Below the pieces are notes generated by a model. The model did no database searches, was not told the origin of the DNA, and was given only the letters and a program-made list of their open reading frames with translations. A DNA stretch of 64,000 bases from Candidatus Eiseniibacteriota bacterium (GTDB lineage Bacteria > Eisenbacteria > RBG-16-71-46 > JABDJR01): the NCBI GenBank assembly GCA_963762255.1, contig CAVXKA010000002.1, positions 736,001 through 800,000 on the forward strand, given 5' to 3'. Below, one piece after another: positions 10,121 through 20,663 of the stretch; position 1 is the first letter of the stretch; each line of letters begins with the position of its first letter. A program made the position numbers and the translations under genes.

Positions 10121-10135
10121 CCTGGCGACGAGCGG

Positions 10136-10741
10136 TCAGCCTCGCTGGCTCTTCCCCCCGGCCAGCCGCTGGAGCGCGGTGCGGATGAGCGTCTCCGAGT
10201 CGGTGTCCGCCGCCGACTCCCTGGTCGCGCGCTGCACCGCGTCCTGCGCGGAAGGCCGCGTGTAGCCGAGCGAGACCAGCGCCGCCACAGCATCCGCTTC
10301 GGCGCGCCCCGCCGAGCCCTCGGCGGGTTCCGCCGCAAACTCCGAGAGCCCATCCTTGAGCTCCAGGCTCATGCGCTCGGCGGTCTTCTTGCCGATGCCG
10401 GGTAGCCGCGTCAGAAACGCGAGATCCTGCCCGCGCAGGGCCGCCACGAGCTGGGCGAGCGAGGGGACCGAGAGCGCGTTGAGCGCGATCTTGGGTCCGA
10501 TCCCCGACACCGCGATGAGTTTGAGAAAGAGGGTGCGCTCCTGCACGGTCCGGAACCCGTAGAGCGCGAGCGCGTCCTCGCGCACCACCAGCACGGTGTG
10601 CAGTGCGGTCTCCTCCCCCACCTCCCCCATCGCTTCCGATGCGGTGAGCGGTACCTGGATCTCCAGGCCGAGCCCGCCCATCTCGACGACCACGCGCGTG
10701 GCGTGCTTCTCGAGAAGTCGACCCCGGACATGCGCGATCAC
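10136..10741 (-). CDS. ruvA: Holliday junction branch migration protein RuvA
   Basis: MIAHVRGRL, VREDALALYGF, VSGIGPKIAL, LPGIGKKTAER and ALVSLGY; GTG start overlaps the ruvC stop. Confidence 0.95.
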   Translation of the reverse strand: MIAHVRGRLLEKHATRVVVEMGGLGLEIQVPLTASEAMGEVGEETALHTVLVVREDALALYGFRTVQERTLFLKLIAVSGIGPKIALNALSVPSLAQLVAALRGQDLAFLTRLPGIGKKTAERMSLELKDGLSEFAAEPAEGSAGRAEADAVAALVSLGYTRPSAQDAVQRATRESAADTDSETLIRTALQRLAGGKSQRG

Positions 10742-11223
10742 CGGAGATTCCTCACTCCCGCGCGGTGCCAGTGGCAGAGCGCGGCGGCCAGGGCGTCCGC
10801 GGCGTCGGAGGCGGGCGTCTCCTTGAGCGCGAGCAGTCCGCGCACCATGAACGCCACCTGCTCCTTGGACGCGTTGCCGTTGCCGGTCACGGCCAGCTTG
10901 ATCTCCCTCGGGGCGTACTCGTGGACGGGAGCGCCCGCCACCCGAGCGGCCAGGAGCACGACTCCGCGCACGTGGCCGAGCACGAGGGTGGAGCGCGCGC
11001 TCTTGTGGTAGAACGCGGTCTCCACCGCGACCACGTCGGGGACGTGCTCCGTGATGACCGCGCTCAGGTCCTTGAAGATCGTGTGGAGCCGGTCGGGGAG
11101 CGAGAGGCCTCGCCCGGGCCGGACCGTGCCGAAAAGGAGGGCACGGCTCCGCCCCGGCCCCGCCTCGATGAGGCCGAAGCCCGTCGCCTGGCTCCCTGGA
11201 TCGATCCCCAAAATCCGTGTCAT
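10738..11223 (-). CDS. ruvC: Crossover junction endodeoxyribonuclease RuvC
   Basis: ILGIDPG, VAVE, IKLAVTGNGNASKEQV and DAADALAAALCH. Confidence 0.95.
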   Translation of the reverse strand: MTRILGIDPGSQATGFGLIEAGPGRSRALLFGTVRPGRGLSLPDRLHTIFKDLSAVITEHVPDVVAVETAFYHKSARSTLVLGHVRGVVLLAARVAGAPVHEYAPREIKLAVTGNGNASKEQVAFMVRGLLALKETPASDAADALAAALCHWHRAGVRNLR

Positions 11224-11436
11224 ATCGACTGTTAGCCCGCCGCAGGCTACCACGGGTTCGGGCCCCCTGCAACCGCGCCGGGATGACGCGGAGACTACGA
11301 ACCGCTATACTGCGTCCGTCTGTTGGAGCGGTCCAATCCGCTCACGATTCCAGAGCGGCCCTCCCGAGCCCGACCCCCGTTGCGGAGTGGGCCGCCCCCA
11401 GTCGGGGTAGTCATCCGGAACGGAGGAAGGCTCACC

Positions 11437-14400
11437 GTGTTCATGCCGGCCCGAATTTCTCACACGATCGCCGCTATTTCCATCGTCATGACCGCGCTTC
11501 TGGCCGGTCAGGCGGCGGCCACTCCCGTCACGTTCCGCTTCCCGGCACCGGCAAGCGCGCAGAGCGTGTCGGTGGCCGGGAGCTTCAACGACTGGAGCAC
11601 GTCGGCGGCGCCTCTCGCCAACCGCAACGGGGTCTGGGAAGCGACGATCGATATCGCCCCCGGCAGCCACCAGTACAAGTTCGTCGTGAACGGCACCCAG
11701 TGGCTCACCGACGAGAGCGCCAAGGAGTTCACCGACGACGGCTTCGGGGGAAAGAACTCCGTGCTGATCGTGGGCGGCGAAGCGATGACGGTTGGCGGCG
11801 GCGCTCCGGCCGGCGCCGCGGTGCCTGCCGGCGGTGGAGCTGCGGTCAAAGCACCCGCCGGAGGTGGAGCGGCCACGCCCGCGCCGCCGTCGGGCATGAC
11901 GCGGGTGACCTTCCGCTACCAACCGGCCCCCGGGACCCGCACGGTCTCCGTGGCCGGTTCTTTCAACAACTGGACTGTGGACGCCACTCCCCTTCAGGAC
12001 CCCACCGGCGGCGGGATCTGGGAAGCCGTTCTCGACCTCGCCCCCGGAACCTATCAGTACAAGTTCGTGATCGACGGCAGCACGTGGAAGACCGATGAGG
12101 CCGCGACCGAGTTCATCGACGACGGGTTTGGCGGCAAGAACTCCGTGCTGAACGTCGCGGGCTCGACGATGACGGTGGGCTCGAAGGCTGGGGCCTCACC
12201 CAAGCCGGTGAAGGACGGCGGCCCCACCCCCACCGCCGGGGCGACCACCTCGGTCACCTTCCGCTACCAACCGGTCATCGGCGGCGTGAACTCGGCGAGC
12301 GTGGCGGGTTCCTTCAACGGATGGGATGCGACCAAGAATCCGATGAGCGACCCCGACAAGGACGGCGTATGGGAAGCCACCGTCCTCCTCCCCGCCGGCA
12401 AGGTCGAATACAAATTCGTGGTGAACGGCGATCAGTGGTTTGCCGACGATTTCGCGCCGGATAGCGCGCCCGATGGGTTGGGCGGCCAGAACTCGGTGGT
12501 CCTTGTCGGCGCCAACCCTATGATCCTCGGCCCCGGCGGAAACGTCGCCGCCAAGGGAAACGCTCCTCCGGCAGGGCTCCGTCAGGTCACCTTCCGCTTC
12601 AAGCCGGCAGGCAAGCCCGCCTCGGTGATGCTGGCCGGCACCTTCAACGACTGGAACGTGGGCAAGACCCCGCTCAGCGGACCCGACAACGCCGGCGAGT
12701 ACACGACGACGCTCCTCCTGCAGGAGGGCGAGTACCAGTACAAGTTCGTGGCCGACGGCAACTGGACCACCGACCGCGATCACGCCGACAGCTTCGTGGA
12801 TGACGGCTTCGGCGGGCAGAACAGCGTCGTACGGGTGGATTCGCGCTTCCCGGCGGTGGAGGTCAAGCTCGGCGACGGCAAGATCTCCGGCGCCGGCATC
12901 GATCACGAGCAGACCTCGACCGAGGTCAACAACATGGGCGGAGGGCACGTCGAGATCACGTTCCGCTCCCACCGCGGCGACATCGAGGGCATGGACCTCT
13001 TGATTCGCGAGGGATCCGCCGAGCGCTCGGTGGGCATGACCCCGGCCGGCCAGGACGGGGCGTTCCAATACTGGCGGGGCACGGTGGCTGCTGCGGACGC
13101 CTTCGATTACCTCGCCGCTTACAAGGACGCGGCGACGGTCGAGTACCTGACCGCATCGGGACTGACCGCGGCGCGGCCCGCACCGGATGCCTGGTTCCAC
13201 TTCACATCGGTCGCGTTCCCGCCGTTCGAGACTCCCGATTGGGTCAAGGACGCGGTGATCTATCAGATCTTCCCGGACCGCTTCAAGAACGGGAACCCGG
13301 CGAACGATCCCGACTTCAGCGCGTGGTACTACCAGGGCAAGACCTCGCTCCCCTCGTCGGGCAAGACCAATGACGAGTACTACCACCTGGTCACGGACTG
13401 GAGCGACATCGCCGGGCCTCGTACATAGCCCCTATCGGACGGACGGCGAAGCCCGACTACTTCTCCTTCTACGGAGGGGACATCGCGGGGGTGCGCGAGG
13501 GACTGGACTACCTGCAGGATCTCGGCGTCACGGCGATCTATTTCAACCCGACCTTCGAGGCCAAGTCGAACCACAAGTACGACTGCGCGGACTACCTGAA
13601 GCTCGACCCCGCGTTCGGCACCAACGACGAGTTCAAGGCGTTCGTCCAGGACGCGCACGCGAAGGGGATCCGCATCGTCCTCGACATCGTGTTCAACCAC
13701 TGCGGAAACGCGCACTGGGCCTTCGCGGACGCCGTGAAGAACGGGCCGCAGAGCGCCACCTACAACTGGTTCGAGTTCAAGAAGTGGCCGCTGCCCGACC
13801 GGTTCGGGACCGGCGGGGCCAAGCCCGAGGACTACTACCAGTGCTGGTGGGGATTCGGCGATCTGCCCGACCTCAACTTCGATCTCTCGCGCGCGAACCC
13901 GCAGGAGAACGGGATCAGGAACATCGCCGACGCCCAGCCCAATCAGGCGCTTCTCGATCATCTGAGCAAGGTGACGGCGCTATGGATCGGCGAGATGGAC
14001 TGCGACGGGGTGCGTCTGGATGTGCCCACCGAGGTGCCGTTCTGGTTCTGGACCCGCTTCAATCGCGAGGTCAAGGCGCTGAAGAAGGACGCCTACATCG
14101 TCGGCGAGCTCTGGGGTAACGCCGCCGACTACGTGGGGCCGACCCTCTTCGACGCCACCATGAACTACGCGTACTTCCGGGATCCGGTCACCAAGTTCCT
14201 CGGCCAGGGACGCGGCACCGCTGAGGAGTTCGACCGCACCATGGCCACCGGGCGGAACGCCTACCCCACCCAGGCGGTGCAGGTGATGATGAACCTGGTG
14301 GGTAGCCACGACACCGTCCGATACCGCGAGCAGATCGGGGGCGACCCCAAGCGGGTCAAGCTCACCGCCCTCTTCGCCATGACCTACGTGGGCGCGCCGC

Positions 14401-14798
14401 ACATCTACTACGGCGACGAGATCGGCATGATGGGGGGCAAGGACCCCGACTGCCGCCGCCCCTTCCTATGGAACTGGAAAGAGAACGCCGACCGCGTGGA
14501 TCTCCACGACACCTATCGTGCGCTCGGTAAGGCGCGCGCAGAGCATGTCGCGCTCCGCCGCGGGGACTTCACCGCACTGGTGACGAAGGGGCCGGTCTAC
14601 GCCTACACGCGCAGCGCGGGCGATGACCGCGTGGTGGTGGCGCTCAATACCGGAGCCGCGCCGGCCACGGTGACGCTGGATGCCAAGACGTTGGGCGGAG
14701 CGACCGAGGGGGTGGACATGCTCACCGGGAAGCCGGTGAGCCTCGCCGCGCCCATCGCTCTCGATCCGGTCTCCGGGATCGCGGTCGTGCTGAAGTAG
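11437..14798 (+). CDS. Secreted GH13 alpha-amylase/neopullulanase with four N-terminal CBM48-like repeats (frameshifted at about 13415-13450)
   Basis: Signal peptide; four copies of VTFR...VAGSFN.W...YKFV.DG..W..D......DG.GG.NS; PDWVKDAVIYQIFPDRF; FYGGDIAG; catalytic RLDV, VGEL and SHD. Track ORFs 11323-13428 and 13491-14798 join after removing two single bases. Confidence 0.88.
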
Positions 14799-15063
14799 CG
14801 CTGCGGCTCTTCAAGCGGTTCGACGCGGGGCGGGGCCGAGAGGCCTCGCCCCTTGCGCTGTCTCGCGCGGCGGTGCGCTTGTTGGGATTCAGGGCCGGCG
14901 GACTAGCTTGATGAAACGAGTTCGTTGGAACATGAGGCACTTTCCTCGGGGCAGTCCCGAGAGAGAAGTCCCTTCGGGGAGGACGACATGCCGGCTATGA
15001 TAATCTCGTGCATGGGACGTTCCTGGCGCTGACCGGTGGAGTTCTGCTGCGCAGACTTGCGGG

Positions 15064-15757
15064 GTGGCAATGGGCACTCTTGTCCGGTTGAAACGGTCCT
15101 TGCATGCGCACTTGGATGAAGCCGGCCGGTATAACTTCATCCGGATACTTCCTCCCGGAGCCCGTCTGCTGGATGTGGGGTGTGGGAATAGGAGCGCCTC
15201 CCGCTTCAAGGCGTATCGCGGTGATCTCCACTACGTTGGGGTCGATATCCAAGACTACAACATTGGTGACGCGGACAGAGAACCTGATGGATGCCTACTT
15301 CGTGTGCTCACCTGACTCTTTTTCTGATGGAATCCTGTCCCTGGGAGGGGCCTTCGATGCAGTGGTGTCCTCACACAACCTGGAGCACTGCGACAGCCCC
15401 GTGGCCGTCCTGGAAGCCATGTGCCGCTCCGTCAGGGAGGGGGGCCTCCTGTATCTCGCCTTTCCATCCGAGGCAACCGTGGGGTTCCCACATCGGGAGG
15501 GGTGTCTCAGTTTTCATGACGATGGTTCCCACCGCCATCTCCCCAAGTTCGAGAGTGTCCTGGGAACGCTGATATCCCGGGGATTCCGGGTAGAGCGCCA
15601 AGTACGAAGGAACCGGGGCACGATGAGAGTGCTATGGCTTCTCGGAGCTCTCCAAGAGCCCTGGTCACGCTGGCGGGGTCGAGTGCTCAGGGGAACCTGG
15701 TACTTCTGGGGATTCGAGAGCGTCATCGTGGCCAGGAGGATCCAGGCGGGGCAATGA
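15064..15757 (+). CDS. Class I SAM-dependent methyltransferase (frameshift at about 15280) in a lower-GC segment
   Basis: LLDVGCG and YVGVD in one frame; FDAVVSSHNLEH and REGGLLYL in the next. Confidence 0.75.
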
Positions 15758-15983
15758 ACCGGGAGATGGAGGACGCGGTTGCCGAGCAGTACAGCCAGCC
15801 ACGCGATCGATGCCGTCGGGGTGCGAATACGGCTCGCGTCCACAGTCCTCGAAGATCGCGCGAGGTCAAGTTGCCCAGGACACCACCGCCAATGGAGGGA
15901 GGATATAATCTGCACAACCCGCGGTTGCCCGCAACTCTAACGCACCGAACGGGAATTGCATCCCGCGCAGGCGCAAGCCCTCC

Positions 15984-17162
15984 CTAAAGCTCCGTACCCC
16001 GGCTATCAGGCGTCGCACCCCCTCCGCGAACACCTGCCGTCTCACCGATGAGGCTCAGCACGACCAGATCCTCCTCGGCGAAGTCGTAGAAGTACCCCGG
16101 GTGGACGAGCACTCCGTCCTCGCGCAGTAGGCGCATCGCGGTCTCGTCGTCGGCGCACCCATGGGGAAGCCGCACCAGGCCGTACCATCCGGCATCGCAC
16201 GCCAGCATGGACAGCGGTCCACCCGCGCACGCGGCTTCGAGCGACGCGCGCATTGGTCTCCGACGCGCGCCCGCACCTGATCCTGGATCGCGCCTGCGCC
16301 GCGCGAGAAGCTCCGGCGCCGCGTGCTGCACCGCTGTCCCCACGGAGAGATAGGTGTCGGTGACGAGGTCGAGTCGCTCGCGCGCCTCGGCCGCGATCGG
16401 CCCGGGTCCGCTCACCACGATCCACCCGAGCTTGACCTGAGGGAGCGCCACGACCTTGGAGAGGCCGCTCAGCGTGAAGGTCAGCGCACCGCGGTTTCCC
16501 ACGGCGCTCACCGGCGAACCGGCGCGGCCTTCGCGAGGGTAGTCCAGAAACACCTCGTCCACGACGAGCCCCGCGCCGCGCTCGCCGCACAGGTCGGAGA
16601 GAAACGCAAGCTCTTCGGGCGCGAGATAGGAGCCGGTGGGGTTGTTCGGGCTCACCGCCACGATCGCGCGCGTCCGCGGTCCCATCGCCGCGCGCACGCT
16701 CGCGCGGTCGAGCGACCAGCCTCCGGTCGGCGTGAACGCCAGGCGGTATGGCACCGGCACCAGCCCTTCGAGCGCGGTCAAGTGCTCGAAGAGCGGATAG
16801 CTGGGTTGGGGAACAAGGATTTCGTCGCCCGGGTCGGCCAGGAGCTTGAACACGAACGCGTACGCCTCGCTCGTGCTCGCGGTGAGAAACACGGTGTCGG
16901 GATCGACCTCGCGACCGTGGTCACGGTAGTAAGCGGCCACCGCGGCGCGCGCCGCGGGGAGACCTCTCGGAGAGGGCTCGTAGAGAAGCGCCTCCGGGCG
17001 CGCCCAGGCGGCGAGGATGGCATCGGTCTCGTAGCGGAAGCCGACTCGCGTCGGGTTGGTCTCGGTCAGGTCGAGGACGCGCTCCCCGCGCGCGCGCCGC
17101 GCCTCGACCTCGGCCATGAGCGGGTTCTTCTCGGAATCGTGTGGAACTCGGGTCGAGAACAT
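15984..17162 (-). CDS. PLP-dependent aminotransferase class I/II (3' end uncertain, local indels)
   Basis: SPNNPTG, VVDEVF, SGLSKVVALPQVKLGW and VLVHPGYFY. Confidence 0.85.
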   Translation of the reverse strand: MFSTRVPHDSEKNPLMAEVEARRARGERVLDLTETNPTRVGFRYETDAILAAWARPEALLYEPSPRGLPAARAAVAAYYRDHGREVDPDTVFLTASTSEAYAFVFKLLADPGDEILVPQPSYPLFEHLTALEGLVPVPYRLAFTPTGGWSLDRASVRAAMGPRTRAIVAVSPNNPTGSYLAPEELAFLSDLCGERGAGLVVDEVFLDYPREGRAGSPVSAVGNRGALTFTLSGLSKVVALPQVKLGWIVVSGPGPIAAEARERLDLVTDTYLSVGTAVQHAAPELLARRRRDPGSGAGARRRPMRASLEAACAGGPLSMLACDAGWYGLVRLPHGCADDETAMRLLREDGVLVHPGYFYDFAEEDLVVLSLIGETAGVRGGGATPDSRGTEL

Positions 17163-17169
17163 GATCCTC

Positions 17170-18265
17170 CTAGCGCGACTCGGTGCGCTCGCCCGCGGGA
17201 TCCGCGGCGAGCAGGCTTCGCATTCGCGTCTGCAGATGACGCCCGCGCGTCTCTCCCGCGAGATCGATGCGGCTCACGCGATCCCCGTGCCGTGCGAGCC
17301 AGGTCAGGGCGATCTCGGCGAGCGCCGCGGCTTCGTTCGCGCGTGAGCCGAGTCTCCGGCTCGCCCGGCGCCCATCCGCTCTCGCCGTCCAGGAATCGAC
17401 ACGTGCGTTCCCACAACGCGGTCGGAACTCGGGGCGAGCGACGCACACGCTCCCAGTGAAACCGACCGTCGCCGGCAACCAGGCACGCTTCCACGCAGCC
17501 CGCCACCGACGAAGGAAGCGCAAGGAGGACGACCGCTCGTCGCCATGCCCCCCGAGGGCGGCGGTGTACGCGCTCCTGACGATTGAGGGGCGGCAGCCCG
17601 CGGCACAGCCGCCTCTGCTCGCGCACAAGTGCCTCGAGATCGCTCCCCGCTTCTTCCCACGCGAGATCCACCGCCCGCTGCGCCAATTCACGGCTCTTCT
17701 CCGGCTCGACGGCGCTCGATCCGAAGTGGCGCGGCACGCGATGGCGCAGCGACCGCGCCTTCCCGACGTAGAGCGCGCTCCGGTCGGCGGCGATGAAGGT
17801 ATACACGCCCGGCGTCGCAGGAAGGCAGGTGATGACCTCGGCCACACCGGGCGAGGGATGCCAGCCGGAAGGAGCCGGAGCCGGGGCAGCCAAACGCGCG
17901 GCCAGCGCGGCCATCACCTTGCGGCCGAAGAGACCCGGATCTTCGATATCGTCGAGATCCGCCGCCAGCGCGCGGGCGAGCTGCGCCGCCGTGCGCGGGG
18001 CCGCGAGCCCCAAGCGCTGCAGCACCGTGCCGAGCGGGAACGACGCTCCGCCCCGCTCGCGCACCGCGTCCAGGAAACGCGCCGCGCCAGGAGACCATGC
18101 GAAGCGCGTGGGCCAGTACGCGAAGAGAGCCTCGGGCGGCACCGGCCGAGGCCACGCTTCCATCCCCGATGTGATCGTTCCGTCCTCGGCGCGCGCGGCA
18201 ACCAGGGTCGCGTTGCTCTGCGCGCTCGGTTGAACGGCCAGGATCAGCGGCGGAAGTTCGGTCAT
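17170..18265 (-). CDS. GIY-YIG (UvrC/Cho-like) nuclease domain protein (frameshift at about 17340)
   Basis: LPATPGVYTF...LYVGKARSLRHRV..HF...GSDLEALVRE...PPLN. The C-terminus continues in ORF 17170-17847. Confidence 0.75.
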
Positions 18266-18297
18266 GCCGGCCTCGGCGTCCAGGGCGGCGGCCCGGC

Positions 18298-19236
18298 TCA
18301 GGCCGGCCCGGGCTCGAGCGCGGGCCACTTCGGCCAGCACACGCGTCGGAACCCGCAGCGCGCGCACACGCCGCGATCCTCGGTGGGAGAGAACCGATCG
18401 ATCTCGGCGAGGTTCGCGTCGGGGTCGGTCAGGAGCGCCTTCATCTCCCGGATCGAGCCGCGGATGTGTTCGACCCCCTCGCCGAGCGCGCGCTCGTCGA
18501 GAGTCACGATCTCCACGTCGCCGGTCAGCAGGTAGTGCAGCTCGCCGATCGCCCGTTGGGGGTCGATCCCCCACTTGTCGCGGGCGAAGAGACCGTAGCA
18601 GACGAGCTGCATCCGGTTGCTCTCCTCCCCCGGGCGGCCGCTCTTCCAGTCGATGAGAAGCGCGTTCCCCTGATCGTTCTTGAGCGCGAAATCGGGGGCC
18701 ACGTAGACGCGCGTTCCTTCGAAGTCGAACGAGTCGAGCGAGTCGATCGGGAGCCAGTTCTCGATCCGAGTCTCCAGGATGATGCGGCGCACCTTCGAGT
18801 CGAAGAAGTGGGTGAGGCAGGCGAACACGCGATCGCGCATGCGCTGCCATTCCTCATCCGAGAGATCCTCGGCGTACTCGTGCTCGAAGAGCCCGACCGC
18901 GTGCTTGGGACGACGGCGGTACTCCCCCGCGCGGGACTCGGCGAAGCCGCGGCGGAGCCTCTCCAGCGCCCCGGCCTTGGCCTCGTCGAGGGTGGTCTCG
19001 CGGCCGTAGCGGTGGCGATTGAGCGTATCGGCCACGATCTCGTGCACGACCTGGCCGGCGAAGGTGTAACGGTTGCCGAGCTGTTTGAGGATGTAGATCT
19101 CGCGGGCAAGCGGATCGCCGTCGGCGCGCCATCCCCCCCAGGAGCCGTAGTGACGGAAATAATAGGCGCGCCGGCACTCCGAAAAAGCGCGATGCCGCGA
19201 GTTCGACCAGGAGAACTCGTTCTTGATCTCGGTCAG
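18298..19236 (-). CDS. PD-(D/E)XK nuclease family protein (RecB/AddB/Cas4-like)
   Basis: SWS....FSECRRAYY, GQVVH, APDF..LIDWKSG, QLVCY and C-terminal CARCGFRRVC. Probable CTG start overlapping the upstream TGA. Confidence 0.85.
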   Translation of the reverse strand: MTEIKNEFSWSNSRHRAFSECRRAYYFRHYGSWGGWRADGDPLAREIYILKQLGNRYTFAGQVVHEIVADTLNRHRYGRETTLDEAKAGALERLRRGFAESRAGEYRRRPKHAVGLFEHEYAEDLSDEEWQRMRDRVFACLTHFFDSKVRRIILETRIENWLPIDSLDSFDFEGTRVYVAPDFALKNDQGNALLIDWKSGRPGEESNRMQLVCYGLFARDKWGIDPQRAIGELHYLLTGDVEIVTLDERALGEGVEHIRGSIREMKALLTDPDANLAEIDRFSPTEDRGVCARCGFRRVCWPKWPALEPGPA

Positions 19237-19706
19237 GGCTCTTCCTCGGGATCCGGCGCGGCGAAGCCGTCGGCGAGGAAGCTCGCGATGGACATGCGCC
19301 CCCGGAATCCCCCTTCGAGGGTGTGCCAGGCTCGGATTCCCCTCTCCCCTTGCTTCCAGCACAGGAGCACGAGGTGTCCGTCCTTGAGCGCGAAGAAGTC
19401 GATCAGCCCCTGCTGGAACGACTTCGGGAGACAACCGGACTCGGCGATTTCCCCTTGCAGGGACTGAATCTCCTCGAGCAGCGCCTTCTCGAGACTCCGC
19501 AGGCGGTTGTATTCGCGCACGTCGGGGTTGGACTCGTCGCCTCCTGAGGCGGAGACGAGCCGCAGCACGCTGATGTCGTGCCGGCAGGCCTCGAAGCGGG
19601 ATTGGATCTCCTGCATCCGGGCCAGGCGGTCCTGGATGAAGGGGAGGAGCGCCTCGGCCTGCTCCAAGGTGAAGAGCTTGGGACCCAGATTGCGGGAGCG
19701 CGTCAT
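19233..19706 (-). CDS. DUF2203 family protein
   Basis: FTLEQAEALLP...GLIDF......VLLCWKQGE..I.AWH...GGFRGR. Confidence 0.85.
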   Translation of the reverse strand: MTRSRNLGPKLFTLEQAEALLPFIQDRLARMQEIQSRFEACRHDISVLRLVSASGGDESNPDVREYNRLRSLEKALLEEIQSLQGEIAESGCLPKSFQQGLIDFFALKDGHLVLLCWKQGERGIRAWHTLEGGFRGRMSIASFLADGFAAPDPEEEP

Positions 19707-19770
19707 GATGCCGTCCAGTGCCTCCACGTTTGGCTCGCGACGTGAGGATAGCAGAGCGGGGGGGACCGCC

Positions 19771-20661
19771 TCAACCGACGCCGGAGTTGGTCGCGCTCGT
19801 CGATTCGAGTCGATAGCGATGCACCGCCGCGTTGACCTCGCCGCCGACGAGAACGAGGACCGAGGACAAGTAGACGAAGGTGAGCGTGACCACCACCGTG
19901 GCCATCGGTCCATAGACCTGGTCGTAGACTGCCAAGCGCCGCAGGTACAGGTTGAACCCAACCGTGGTCACCATCCAGGCGACGGCAAAGACCAGGGAAC
20001 CGGGCCAGGACACACGGTGGACGTGCTTGAACTTGGGAGCGAGCCAGTACAGCAGGCGCGCGGCGAGGAGGACGATCAGCACCGAGATGGGCTGGCTCCA
20101 GTCGAAGACGAAGCGCAGGACGGCCCCTCGCAGGCGCCGCGCCTCCTCCGCTCCGCCGGCGAGATCCTCCCCGAACACCAGGAAGAGGAACCCGAGCACC
20201 AGGAAGAGCGCGCTCGTCCCCACCACCGCAAGAGCCATGAGCCGCGTCCGCCACGCCGCCCGCGATTCCTGGAGGTGATAGATGCGGTTGAGAGCGTGAA
20301 TGAGGGCCTGGACGACGTTGCTGGACGTCCACAGCAGGGCGACGAGAGCCAGCGGGAGGAGTTGCGGGGGAACCGGCTGCCGGGCAAGCTCCAGCACCTG
20401 GTTCAGGAACTCCTCCGCCTTGACCGGGATGACGCCGGCCGGGAACCCGACGAGGATCCGCAAATCGTCCGGGTTGGCCCCGACCAGACTGAGGAGGATG
20501 GAGAGGAGAAAGAGGAGCGCGAAGATGCTGAACAGACTGTAGAAAGCTATCCCGGCGGCATAGAAGGGAACGTCGTCCCTCCACATCCCGTCCCAGGTCT
20601 GACGCACTATCCAGCGAAGAGAGCCGGCGCCGTGGCGCGCGCGCCGGAGGGCGGTTTCCAC
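19771..20661 (-). CDS. YihY/BrkB family membrane protein
   Basis: AAGIAFYSLFSIF, ALNRIY, WPGS and YDQVYG; several TM segments. Confidence 0.9.
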   Translation of the reverse strand: METALRRARHGAGSLRWIVRQTWDGMWRDDVPFYAAGIAFYSLFSIFALLFLLSILLSLVGANPDDLRILVGFPAGVIPVKAEEFLNQVLELARQPVPPQLLPLALVALLWTSSNVVQALIHALNRIYHLQESRAAWRTRLMALAVVGTSALFLVLGFLFLVFGEDLAGGAEEARRLRGAVLRFVFDWSQPISVLIVLLAARLLYWLAPKFKHVHRVSWPGSLVFAVAWMVTTVGFNLYLRRLAVYDQVYGPMATVVVTLTFVYLSSVLVLVGGEVNAAVHRYRLESTSATNSGVG

Positions 20662-20663
20662 CG

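Noticed and set aside
13415-13450. Programmed frameshift producing a CBM-only protein from the GH13 gene
   Set aside because: The break lies inside the catalytic domain, needs two shifts, has no slippery heptamer and matches the window-wide indel pattern.
15930-15985. attC site after the methyltransferase (CTCTAAC)
   Set aside because: It does not fit RYYYAAC, lies far from the stop codon and has no matching inverted repeat or GTT.
18298-19236. Cas4-like nuclease as part of a CRISPR system
   Set aside because: There is no repeat-spacer array or cas1/cas2 in the window, and the gene sits in a housekeeping operon.
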